In this document: one piece after another, positions 1 through 9,257 of the stretch
Position numbering within the stretch: position 1 is the first letter of the stretch
Layout: each line of letters starts with the position of its first letter
Notes under the pieces: generated by a model
What the model saw: the letters and a program-made list of their open reading frames with translations, nothing else
The model's database searches: none
Told to the model about the DNA's origin: nothing
Assembly: GCA_965248915.1 (NCBI GenBank)
Contig: OZ252216.1
Span: 2,857,807 to 2,921,806 of the forward strand
Direction of reading: 5' to 3'
DNA: 64,000 nt
Source of the DNA: Alphaproteobacteria bacterium
GTDB taxonomy: Bacteria > Pseudomonadota > Alphaproteobacteria > M2410
Position numbers and translations under genes: made by a program

Positions 1-123
1 CAATTCGCGAAGGAAAACCTCTTTCTCAGAATAGACGGAATGCACCATGAGGTGCAGGAGACGCGAGACCTCAGCCTGAAAAGCATGGGACTCCGGTTGC
101 TTTACATCACTCATTTGTTCGAC

Positions 124-1278
124 CTAATTTTCTTGTGGTTCATTTGCCTCGATGGGTTGGATTAAAGAGTCCAAAGCAACGGTTAGCTGGTTGCCTTTCC
201 ACTCAGGTATTTTGAAAGTCCAACCTTTCGCGCGGCGATTGATGGCATCAGCCTCAACTTGCGGGCTGGGTTTAATATCCTCAGACAGAGGCTCGCCCTC
301 AGAAGTTACCTCTTCACTTGTCTCATTTGTCGGCTCTGCGGATCGAGCTTCCGCTGTGACGGCAACCCAATAATCACCGTCTTGATTGCTCACACTCAAG
401 GTGATGGTCAAGCCGTCAAAGGTCTCATAGACCAACTGTGCAGCCGCTCCCAAATCAACCTCACTTGCTGGGCGAACGCCTTGCAGGCTAAGCGCCATCA
501 AAGCCGACGCCACACCGTTCGCAGATGTAGGCGCGGTCGCCTCAAATCCCGACGGCACGCCTTCAAGCGTGAAATTGTATTCGCTTGGGCCCACCCGCGA
601 AGCACCAAAGCCCTTTGATCCCTTGCTGGCACTTCCTGGAATGGACGTAACCCTCGCAACGCGCTCCCGGTCGATTTGCAGAAACTCCAGGTCAAGCCAA
701 CCCTGTTCTTCGGTCACTGGCTCCAACCGCCCAAGCGCGACCCAGGTCTGCGTTTCATGGGCCAGACGAACATAGCGCCGCGTTTCCCCGTTCACATCCG
801 GCAAGCCTTGCACATGGCCCACCACAAGTGAGGCGATTACTGATCCTTGACCATCAAGGGCGGAAAGCACAATGCCTTCACCACCCTCTTCAGGGCGCAC
901 AAGGCCCAAATGGTGATGCCAATCGGCTCGCGCTGTCTTTGCTTCAATTAAATCGAGGTCCGCAAGGCTCAAAACCGTTTGACGGACTTGGTCGACGAGA
1001 ACCGGAAAGCCATGAGCTTCTTCAAGCCTCCAAACGAAGTCATCATCACGGTTGATGGTGAGCATATCTTCTTTCGACCAAATTCGGAGCGAACGCACTT
1101 GATCGATCTGCGATTCAAATCCTTCAAAAGCGAGCCGAGGCTTGAAAGAGCCGGTCTCGCCGCCTCTTTGCATTGCCACAGCAATCACCGCAGCGATGAC
1201 GGCGACCAACGTCACAATCGCGAGGGTCATCACATGTCGGTCGCGCGCACTCATGGAGGCAGACTTTGCATCAGACAT
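124..1278 (-). CDS. DUF4340-domain protein (accessory partner of the GldG-type ABC component); start uncertain (1278 vs 1335)
   Basis: Long ORF immediately downstream of a gldG-like gene with a 4-8 nt overlap. N-terminal TM segment (MTLAIVTLVAVIAAVIAVA). This synteny is typical of the DUF4340 family. Confidence 0.45.
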   Translation of the reverse strand: MSDAKSASMSARDRHVMTLAIVTLVAVIAAVIAVAMQRGGETGSFKPRLAFEGFESQIDQVRSLRIWSKEDMLTINRDDDFVWRLEEAHGFPVLVDQVRQTVLSLADLDLIEAKTARADWHHHLGLVRPEEGGEGIVLSALDGQGSVIASLVVGHVQGLPDVNGETRRYVRLAHETQTWVALGRLEPVTEEQGWLDLEFLQIDRERVARVTSIPGSASKGSKGFGASRVGPSEYNFTLEGVPSGFEATAPTSANGVASALMALSLQGVRPASEVDLGAAAQLVYETFDGLTITLSVSNQDGDYWVAVTAEARSAEPTNETSEEVTSEGEPLSEDIKPSPQVEADAINRRAKGWTFKIPEWKGNQLTVALDSLIQPIEANEPQEN

Positions 1279-3226
1279 TTTTGCGGCCTCCGTCCCGGCG
1301 GCGATAAAGAGCAAGTCCAACCGCAAACACACCAATCAAAAGGGGCATCAAGGCGATATTGACAAACTTCACCCGAGATCCAAGCCGGTCGATGTCTTTA
1401 CGTAGATTGTATTGGATATCGCGTCGAGCTTTGCGTGTTTCTGCTGCATCGTTGAGAAGCTGTTGGAGTTCCGTTCTCTCTTCCGGCGTCACCAAGACCG
1501 TCTCGTCCGCCGTCTCATCACTCGACAGGCTTCCGCGGATCTCATCCACGCGCTGGGATATCTGATCAAGTTTGCTGTCGAGCTCCTCTTGCCGCGGTAA
1601 AAATTCAGCCTCCGCCGCCCGTCGAATATCTTCAACCACCGTGAAAGAACGATTGGCTCGGGCCCGCGATCGCAAAGAGATGAGGTCATTGGATCCCATC
1701 AAATTGTCAATCGCGCCAATAACAAAGGCGCCATTGTCAGCCGTTGGCTCCGCATATCGCTCGCCAAGGAATTCTGAAACTTGCACCCAGAAGCGATCAT
1801 CAAAGAGATCCGCATCCGCCACTACGATTACATTGGCATCTTCCGTGGAAGCGATATGCGCTGGCAGTGGCTGTTCAGGTTCATCCTCGCCCGGCGACAG
1901 ATCCTCTTCCGCATCGAGCGCATCTTCTGGTGGAGGCGGACCATCCGAAAACATCGTCTTAACAGGCCCAAACACCCGAGCCGCAATCACATAAGCCTCA
2001 TCATCGGGTAGGAATTTCCGCAACAGCTCATCTGGAGGTGTTTGGAATTTCACGTCCTGAAAATCTAACAACATCGACACATCGCTAGACGTGATCAACG
2101 GCGTAAAACGAGTGCCGGCTTCCGCCAAGGATTTGATGGCTCCGACAGAAGCCATTTGCACTCGGTTCAAACTGCCGGTGACGATATCATCGCTGTTGAA
2201 ATCTTGCGCCTCAAGTCCGATCCAAACCACATAGTCAATGGCACGGTTGTCCGCACCATTTCCCCACCCAACACGCAATGATCGGGCAAGATCACCGACA
2301 ATGTGTTCACCATCGATCTCGACCCCCCAAGAGTTTAAGAGCGGCGCCAGGAAGTTGACAGACGAATCCGCAAATCCCTGCCCGCCTGCACCTTGAACTT
2401 GAGAAAGCTCTGAGAAGGGATCGACAAAGGCAAGAACCCGGCCGCCGCGCATCACGAATTGATCGATGGCATAAAGCGCTTTTTGACCAAGGGCAGGTGG
2501 ATGCGCGATAAGCAGCACTTCGACCTCGGGTGGAATCCGGTCAAACTCCGCGGTCAATTGTTCAACCTCAAAAGCCGCCAGCATCTCCTCATAGATCATG
2601 AAGGGCTGCGCATTGCCCTGCATCGCCGCCACCATGCCTCCAGGACCTGTGTCGAGGGGGAGATCAGAAAGGAGCCCCAAAACCGGTTGGCTTTCTCGGT
2701 TGAGACGATAGATCATCGATGCCAGGTCGTACTCGAGATACTGTTCCCGGTCCGTGGCGAAAAAGGGGATCACTTCCTGACCGTCAATTGTGTTGGATGC
2801 CACCAATCCAAAGTAAATGATCTCGCCACCGACAACTTGCGCGCCTTTTAGGCCGCTTGCCACCGCCTGGTCTTCAGCCTCCGTGTAGGGTTCTGGGTCA
2901 ATCACTTCAACAATGAGTTTGCCATCAGAAACGGACGCAAATTCTGAGAGGAGATCGCGCACCCGCTCCCCCATCACCCGAATTTGTTGGATGTCAGCAG
3001 CAGAAGTCTCCGAATAGTAGAGACGAAAGGTGATCGGCTCTTCTATTCCCTCAAGCGTACGCACCGTGCCGTCGTCTAGAGTGAACAAGCCCTCTGAGGT
3101 TAGGTCCAATCGCGCGCTGCGAAAGACGTTGAGCGCGAAAACATTGAGAGCCAAGAACAAGACGACAAGCAGCGTGATGGTGGCTGCTGTCGCCTGATGT
3201 CTGGAGAGTTTGAAACCGCCCATCAC
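1271..3226 (-). CDS. gldG: GldG-family ABC transporter auxiliary component (ABC-type uncharacterized transport system)
   Basis: 651 aa. N-terminal TM, a large periplasmic domain and a C-terminal TM (ALMPLLIGVFAVGLALY). Follows an ABC-2 permease and ATPase in an operon. Confidence 0.7.
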   Translation of the reverse strand: MMGGFKLSRHQATAATITLLVVLFLALNVFALNVFRSARLDLTSEGLFTLDDGTVRTLEGIEEPITFRLYYSETSAADIQQIRVMGERVRDLLSEFASVSDGKLIVEVIDPEPYTEAEDQAVASGLKGAQVVGGEIIYFGLVASNTIDGQEVIPFFATDREQYLEYDLASMIYRLNRESQPVLGLLSDLPLDTGPGGMVAAMQGNAQPFMIYEEMLAAFEVEQLTAEFDRIPPEVEVLLIAHPPALGQKALYAIDQFVMRGGRVLAFVDPFSELSQVQGAGGQGFADSSVNFLAPLLNSWGVEIDGEHIVGDLARSLRVGWGNGADNRAIDYVVWIGLEAQDFNSDDIVTGSLNRVQMASVGAIKSLAEAGTRFTPLITSSDVSMLLDFQDVKFQTPPDELLRKFLPDDEAYVIAARVFGPVKTMFSDGPPPPEDALDAEEDLSPGEDEPEQPLPAHIASTEDANVIVVADADLFDDRFWVQVSEFLGERYAEPTADNGAFVIGAIDNLMGSNDLISLRSRARANRSFTVVEDIRRAAEAEFLPRQEELDSKLDQISQRVDEIRGSLSSDETADETVLVTPEERTELQQLLNDAAETRKARRDIQYNLRKDIDRLGSRVKFVNIALMPLLIGVFAVGLALYRRRDGGRKNV

Positions 3227-3961
3227 TCAAGTCCTCTTATGATCGATGAGAAGGATATTGATCGTGAGCGCCACCCCGATGAGCGTGAGGAAGAACACCA
3301 TGTCGCGAAGATCAATAACCCCGTCCATGATGGCTTCAAAGTGCGTCATGAAACTGAACGAGGCAATCGCCTGAACCAGAACCGTCGATGGTGACACCGC
3401 TTGAACGAACTCAAGCACAAGGGGCAATCCGCTCACCGTGAACAAGAAACAAACCGTTACGCTCAACACGAAGGCAATAACTTGATTGCGCGTCGTCGCC
3501 GAAAGACAGGCGCCAATGGCAAGATAAGCCCCAGCCATAAAGAACGACCCCACATAACCTGCAAAAATCACTCCATTGTCAGGATCGCCAAGATAGTTGA
3601 CCGTGATCCAGACCGGGAACGTGAGCGCTAGCGCCAGCCCCGCGAAGGCCCAAGCCGCTAGATATTTGCCAATCACCATTGCCCAAAGCGGGATTGGCAG
3701 CGTCATCAAGATTTCGATGGTGCCGCTCTTTTGTTCTTCGGCCCACAGCCGCATGGCGATCGCCGGGATGAAGAAGAGATAGAGCCACGGAAGGAACCCG
3801 AAGAAGGGCGTGAGATCCGCCCGACCTGATTCAAACAGGTTGCCGATGTAGAACGTGAATGCGCCTGTAGCAAACAGGAAGATCACAATGAACACATACG
3901 CCAAAGGTGTCGCAAAGTAGCCCATGAATTCACGCTTGAAGACGGCTTTGAGTTCTCTCAT
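3227..3961 (-). CDS. gldF: ABC-2 family transporter permease (GldF-like)
   Basis: 244 aa polytopic membrane protein. Its stop is adjacent to the gldG start and its start overlaps the ATPase gene by 4 nt. Confidence 0.7.
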   Translation of the reverse strand: MRELKAVFKREFMGYFATPLAYVFIVIFLFATGAFTFYIGNLFESGRADLTPFFGFLPWLYLFFIPAIAMRLWAEEQKSGTIEILMTLPIPLWAMVIGKYLAAWAFAGLALALTFPVWITVNYLGDPDNGVIFAGYVGSFFMAGAYLAIGACLSATTRNQVIAFVLSVTVCFLFTVSGLPLVLEFVQAVSPSTVLVQAIASFSFMTHFEAIMDGVIDLRDMVFFLTLIGVALTINILLIDHKRT

Positions 3962-4911
3962 GCCGGCGCCTCCGCATCTGACGTCGTTAAAGACCGAAAG
4001 ACTTCATCGAGCCGACCCTCTTCAGCGTAAAGCGCTTTGACATTCCAACTTTTCTCAACCGCCAAGGTGCTGACGTCTTCAATCAGCAGACGAGCTGGAT
4101 CGCTCGGGAACAGCGTGAACCTCTGAGCTTGACCTGGACCGTCACTTTCGACCATCTCAGCAATCCCTGAGAGTGAAGACAAAGAAGACCGGGCCGCTTC
4201 TGCCTCATTTGCAGCCACATCCATGGTGACCGCGTTGTGATAACGCGAGCGCGCTGCTAACTCTTCAGGCGTACCGTCGGCAACAATAAGTCCTCGGTCA
4301 ATAATAACTGCACGCGAACAGATCGCTTCTACTTCTTCCAGAATGTGGGTCGAGATAATGATCGCTTTTTCGGAAGCCATTTCGCGAATAAGCTCACGCA
4401 CCGCATGCTTTTGGTTTGGATCGAGACCATCTGTGGGCTCGTCCATGATGAGGACCGGTGGATTGTGCAAGATGGCTTGAGCCAACCCAACCCGGCGCTT
4501 GAACCCCTTTGACAATGTATCAATGGTTTGGTCCAGAACGCCGCCGAGTTGGGTGCGTTCAACCGCAAGCGCCCTTGCCTTCTCAGCCTCGGATCCATCC
4601 AGTCCTCTTGCATCGCAGATGAAGGCAAGAAACTGGCGCGGCGTCATTTCGCCGTAAGCCGGCGCCCCTTCCGGCAAATACCCCATCTTCGTTTGTGCTT
4701 GATTGGAGTGGGAGGCGACGTCGATCCCGCAAACCTCAACCCGTCCGGCGGATGGCGCCAAGAACCCTGTGATCATCCGCATGGTCGTGGATTTTCCTGC
4801 ACCATTCGGCCCAAGAAACCCAAGCACCTCTCCCTTCCCCACATTGAAGGAAAGACCATTGACCGCGGTAAACGATCCGAACTTTTTGACGAGACCTTCA
4901 ATTTCGATCAT
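3958..4911 (-). CDS. gldA: ABC transporter ATP-binding protein (GldA-like)
   Basis: Walker A GPNGAGKST, ABC signature LSKGFKRRV, Walker B VLIMDEPTDGLD. Confidence 0.85.
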   Translation of the reverse strand: MIEIEGLVKKFGSFTAVNGLSFNVGKGEVLGFLGPNGAGKSTTMRMITGFLAPSAGRVEVCGIDVASHSNQAQTKMGYLPEGAPAYGEMTPRQFLAFICDARGLDGSEAEKARALAVERTQLGGVLDQTIDTLSKGFKRRVGLAQAILHNPPVLIMDEPTDGLDPNQKHAVRELIREMASEKAIIISTHILEEVEAICSRAVIIDRGLIVADGTPEELAARSRYHNAVTMDVAANEAEAARSSLSSLSGIAEMVESDGPGQAQRFTLFPSDPARLLIEDVSTLAVEKSWNVKALYAEEGRLDEVFRSLTTSDAEAPA

Positions 4912-5014
4912 GCGCCTGTCCGACCCTTTGAGTTCTGAGCCAAAATCGTGATTTTTTGCATGGGGTTAGATAGTGAAAGTCTGGCCTTCGTGCAAGCCCC
5001 CGGGAGGATTTCTG

Positions 5015-5773
5015 TCAAAACCGTAACAACAGCCCGCCATCGGCTTGAATGCCTTGCCCAGTGATAAAGCCTGAATCGTCCGAGGCCAAGAAAAGTGCCA
5101 CTTTCGCCACATCTGTGGGCGCACCGAGACGTCGAAGCGGTGATTTCTTCGCCCAAACCGCAGCAATATCCTCATTTGAGAAACTCTGCGTCGTCATACC
5201 GGTGTGGATAGCACCGGGCATGATATGATTGACCGTGATGCCGAACTTGCCAAGTTCAAGCGCCAGATTGCGGGTCAAACCGCCGACACCCGCTTTCGAC
5301 GCCGAGTAAGCAGACAAGCCCCAGTCTGTCGCAATGGCCGCCGTCGAGGAGACATTGATGATTCGCCCAGCATTTGATTTCTTTAAATGCGGGATCGCCG
5401 CGCGAGACAATCGAAACGGCGCCTTCAAATTGACGTCCTGGACGAAATCCCACTCTTTGTCGCTTGTCTCTTCTGCCAATGTGCCAACACCCACGCCGGC
5501 ATTGTTCATTAAGATGTCGAGACCCCCGAATACCGCCACGGCTTGGTCGATGATTTTCTCCGGCGCCTCTTCGTCACTCACGCTTTGAGCCAGAGTGACA
5601 ATCCCCGACATATCACTAAAGACCTCACTCAGAGCCTCATCTTGCAAGTCGACCGCAAGAACGCGCGCGCCCTCCGCCACAAAGAGCTTAGCCGTAGCAA
5701 GCCCAATACCTGATACCGCGCCGGTGACAATCGCCGTCCGGCCCTCAAGCCTCTTGTTGCCATGCTCCGCCAT
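5015..5773 (-). CDS. SDR family NAD(P)-dependent oxidoreductase
   Basis: TGAVSGIGLATAKLF Rossmann motif; catalytic YSASK motif; 252 aa. Confidence 0.85.
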   Translation of the reverse strand: MAEHGNKRLEGRTAIVTGAVSGIGLATAKLFVAEGARVLAVDLQDEALSEVFSDMSGIVTLAQSVSDEEAPEKIIDQAVAVFGGLDILMNNAGVGVGTLAEETSDKEWDFVQDVNLKAPFRLSRAAIPHLKKSNAGRIINVSSTAAIATDWGLSAYSASKAGVGGLTRNLALELGKFGITVNHIMPGAIHTGMTTQSFSNEDIAAVWAKKSPLRRLGAPTDVAKVALFLASDDSGFITGQGIQADGGLLLRF

Positions 5774-5877
5774 CTACAATCCTCCTGGTGCTTGAACCTA
5801 TCCTGGGAGACATCCACCAATACCGTCAAGCAGTTAGACCCAGAGCTCCCCCAATGACAACCGGCTCTCAATAGGGC

Positions 5878-6882
5878 ATGCTGACGAAAGTCACACCAAG
5901 CGAGACCCAAATGTCCCACCCAGAAGACACAAGCTTGCCTTGGCTTCAAAAACTGCCGCCTTCAGTCTTTGGGTCTTCCATGGGAGTTCTCGGGCTCGGT
6001 CTTGTTTGGCGCCACATCGTCTGGGTTGAACCGAGCGCCAGGCCGATTGCTGAAGCCATTCTGCTCATCGGTCTTTTCCTGCTCGTTACCTTGATGACAC
6101 TCTATGCCCTGAGAACTGTGCGCTACCGCACGAACCTTATCGCAGACGCGAACACACCCGCGACACTCAACTTCATCGCAACATTTTCCATCAGTGTCTT
6201 GCTTGCCGCCGAGGCTTTAAGGCCGCACAATCTCTTGCTCGCACATATCTTCTTTTTGATTGGGACTTTTGCAGGCCTCGCAATCGCCGTTCGCTCCGTA
6301 CACTGCTGGTTCACAAAGAGCATTGATGCAAAAGACATCGACCCGGGCTGGTTTCTCCCTGTTGTGGGAAACCTTGTTGCACCTTCAATTGCCGCGCCGC
6401 TTGGCTACGCCACCATTGGCTGGCTTATCTTGGGATTCGGATTGATAGGTTGGTTTATGTTGTTGCCGCTCATCGTCTACCGCCTCATTGTCGAACCCGA
6501 ATTGCCAAAATCGCTAAGACCAACCCTCTTCATCATGATCGCCCCGCCGGGTCTCGCAACCTCCGCTTTCATCGCCATGAACGGGCCGGTGCAAGTTCTT
6601 TGGCCTGCCCTTTTCTTCGGGTTCGGATTGTTTTTCTGTCTGTGCCTTGCAGCCATGGTCCGAGACTTCTTGGAAGTGCCTTTCCAGCTTTCCTGGTGGT
6701 CCTACACCTTCCCCCTCCATGCCATGACCATCGCTGCCTTCTCACTCGACCGCGCCTTCCCCCTGCCCGGCCTAACAGAGATTGCGTTCCTATTGACAGG
6801 CATCACAACCACCATAACAGGATGGGTCTGCATCAAAGCGACTTCGGCCACTCTGAGTACGATCAGAGGGCAAAAGTCGTAA
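5878..6882 (+). CDS. TDT/TehA-like (tellurite resistance/C4-dicarboxylate transporter family) membrane protein
   Basis: 334 aa with about 10 predicted TM helices. Family assignment is by overall architecture only. Confidence 0.45.
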   Translation: MLTKVTPSETQMSHPEDTSLPWLQKLPPSVFGSSMGVLGLGLVWRHIVWVEPSARPIAEAILLIGLFLLVTLMTLYALRTVRYRTNLIADANTPATLNFIATFSISVLLAAEALRPHNLLLAHIFFLIGTFAGLAIAVRSVHCWFTKSIDAKDIDPGWFLPVVGNLVAPSIAAPLGYATIGWLILGFGLIGWFMLLPLIVYRLIVEPELPKSLRPTLFIMIAPPGLATSAFIAMNGPVQVLWPALFFGFGLFFCLCLAAMVRDFLEVPFQLSWWSYTFPLHAMTIAAFSLDRAFPLPGLTEIAFLLTGITTTITGWVCIKATSATLSTIRGQKS

Positions 6883-7194
6883 GTTTTTGGGGGGAGAGAA
6901 AACTTAGCCTTCGATCAGCCCATGCCGAACTCAATACGCAGAGCCGACATGGGCCTATCCACGAAGGAATGTTGGCAAGTCAACCTTCTCGCAACCCCGG
7001 GGGGCTGGGGGGGCTGAGTTCAAAACCGAAGCTACAAAACGGCTGCACTCACCAACAATACTAAGCTAGGGATCCAATAGGGCGGCGGAGGGGTTGAACT
7101 TGGGCAACAATGTGGCCACGAATCTCGACGAGAGCTTCGAAACTCATCATGATCAAATAGAGAGCCTAAAACCCCTATAAACGAGAGGATTTTC

Positions 7195-7857
7195 ATGAAT
7201 TTCACCATTCAAATGTCCGAAGAACTCCTAGATTACATTTTTGTAAATGGGGTCCGCGAACACGAAGTGTTGAAAATCTGCCGCGAAACAACGCTGGCCG
7301 ACGAGCGGTTTCACATCATGCAGATCTCTCCTGAACAAGGGGCTTTTATGCAGATGTTGGTGAAGCTGACCGGGACCAAGCGCGCCCTTGAGATCGGCAC
7401 CTTCACAGGATACAGCGCCCTCGCCATGGCACTGGCCATGGGACCCGAGGGTCGATTGACCTGTTGCGATATGTCGGAAGAGTTCCTAAGCAAGGCCCGC
7501 ACCTATTGGCAACAAGCCGGCGTTGAAGATCAGATAGAAACGCTGGTCGGACCGGGGGTCGAAAGTCTCGACACCCTCCTCGCGAACGACAACGAGGGAG
7601 CCTACGACCTCGCCTTCATCGATGCCGACAAAACCGGCTACGACGACTATTACGAAAGGTGTCTGCGGCTCCTGCGCCAAGGCGGCTTAATCGCCATCGA
7701 CAACGTACTTTGGTCAGGCCGTGTGGCAGATCCAAAAGCGGACGATGAAGACACAAAGGCCTTGCAAGCCCTCAACAAGAAGATCCACGGTGATGACCGG
7801 GTCGATATGTGCTTAGCCCCAATCGCCGACGGTATCATGCTTGCCCGAAAGCGCTAA
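7195..7857 (+). CDS. Class I SAM-dependent O-methyltransferase (caffeoyl-CoA O-methyltransferase family 3)
   Basis: LEIGTFTGYSALAMA SAM-binding motif; DLAFIDADK and LLRQGGLIAIDNVLW motifs typical of OMT family 3; RBS-like GAGAGGA upstream of ATG. Confidence 0.8.
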   Translation: MNFTIQMSEELLDYIFVNGVREHEVLKICRETTLADERFHIMQISPEQGAFMQMLVKLTGTKRALEIGTFTGYSALAMALAMGPEGRLTCCDMSEEFLSKARTYWQQAGVEDQIETLVGPGVESLDTLLANDNEGAYDLAFIDADKTGYDDYYERCLRLLRQGGLIAIDNVLWSGRVADPKADDEDTKALQALNKKIHGDDRVDMCLAPIADGIMLARKR

Positions 7858-7918
7858 TTTCTGGGCATTTCGGGCAAAACAGCCGGACTTGCCTTTTCTG
7901 AGAAAACGCGGGAAGATA

Positions 7919-8311
7919 ATGGTGATGGAGGACGTAAAGCCAATATTTCAGGCCCCGGCAAGCGGGGCTGTTCACAAAGGCCAGTCATCCCGCGCGGGAA
8001 AGCAAAAGCGCGGCCCCATCTCGTTCAATCGAAAAGAACTCGACACGATCTTAAGTCTTTATGGTCGGCGTGTGGCCGAAGGTGAATGGCGCGACTATGC
8101 TGTCGATTTCCTGTCTGATGCGGCCGTCTTTAGCGTCTTTCGCAGGTCCAGCGAAATGCCTCTTTACCGCATTGAGAAACAACCAAAGCTTGCCCGTCGC
8201 CAAGGCGCTTATTCGGTCATTGCCGCAACTGGCTTGATCCTCAAGCGCGGCCATGACCTCTCTCAGGTCTTGCGTGTTTTGGAAAAGAAGAAACTCCAAC
8301 TCGTCGACTGA
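7919..8311 (+). CDS. DUF2794-family protein (conserved alphaproteobacterial)
   Basis: Sequence ISFNRKELDTILSLYGRRVAEGEWRDYA recalled as the DUF2794 family. Start placed at MVMEDVK. Confidence 0.5.
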   Translation: MVMEDVKPIFQAPASGAVHKGQSSRAGKQKRGPISFNRKELDTILSLYGRRVAEGEWRDYAVDFLSDAAVFSVFRRSSEMPLYRIEKQPKLARRQGAYSVIAATGLILKRGHDLSQVLRVLEKKKLQLVD

Positions 8312-8377
8312 AGCCCCCAATGAAAAAGCCCCCGAACGTTTCCATCCGGAGGCTCAAATCTGTGCATCAATGTTCTG

Positions 8378-9091
8378 CTAATCGCGGCCGCCGAAGAGGC
8401 GCAGCAAGAACAAGAACATGTTGATGAAGTCGAGATACAATCTCAACGCACCCATGATCGATGCTTTCTTCGCAACATCGCCCATCTCACCAACTTCGTA
8501 GTAGGTGTCTTTGATTTTCTGCGTATCCCAGGCTGTGAGGCCGGCAAAAATACCAACACCGATCACGGAAATCGCAAAGTGCACGACCGATGATTGCAGG
8601 AAGATGTTCACGACCATCGCAACAATCAGACCAATCAGCCCCATGAACAAGAATGTCCCCATAGCGCTCAAGTCACGCTTTGTGGTGTAGCCCCAAAGGC
8701 TCAGCGATCCAAACATGATCGTCGTGATGAAGAACACACGCGTGATTGAGGGAATATTGTACATGATGAAGATCGACGACAGCATCACGCCCAACATGGC
8801 CGCATAAGCCCAAAAGCCGAGCTGGGCTCCAGCGACACTCATCTTGTGGATGCGCGCGCTGTAAATAAAAACAAAAGCCAAGGGACCCAAGAACACGACC
8901 CACTGGAGCGGCGTTCCGAAAATGGCATTCATGAGGGCCGGTGATTGTGAAACAAGGAAGGCCACAATACCGGTCAAGGCGACACCACCTGCCATGTAAT
9001 TGTACACCCGCATCATATAGGCTCTAAGGCCCTGATCGACCTCAACCGCTGATGAATCGCGTCTCACAGTTCTATCATTATAGTCAGACAT
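8378..9091 (-). CDS. Bax inhibitor-1/YccA family membrane protein
   Basis: MSDYND...GLRAYMMRVYNYMAGGVALTG N-terminus characteristic of the BI-1/YccA family; 7 TM helices. Confidence 0.8.
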   Translation of the reverse strand: MSDYNDRTVRRDSSAVEVDQGLRAYMMRVYNYMAGGVALTGIVAFLVSQSPALMNAIFGTPLQWVVFLGPLAFVFIYSARIHKMSVAGAQLGFWAYAAMLGVMLSSIFIMYNIPSITRVFFITTIMFGSLSLWGYTTKRDLSAMGTFLFMGLIGLIVAMVVNIFLQSSVVHFAISVIGVGIFAGLTAWDTQKIKDTYYEVGEMGDVAKKASIMGALRLYLDFINMFLFLLRLFGGRD

Positions 9092-9257
9092 GCGTTTTTC
9101 CTTCCTCCGATTAAACGGACAAACCTGCACCTTTATATGGGGCAAAGGGGGCGGACTTCAAGAAAATCAGGGTCCCGCACTTCACAAAACCCCAAGTTCT
9201 CCTTAACTTTTTGTTAATGATCACGAAAATGTGGCCTATCCTACGAGAACGCCACCC

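Noticed and set aside
1271-4911. Interpreting gldA/gldF/gldG as a gliding-motility locus
   Set aside because: GldAFG-type ABC modules are widespread outside Bacteroidetes. No other gld/spr genes are present, so it is more likely a generic ABC exporter with the GldG/DUF4340 accessory pair.
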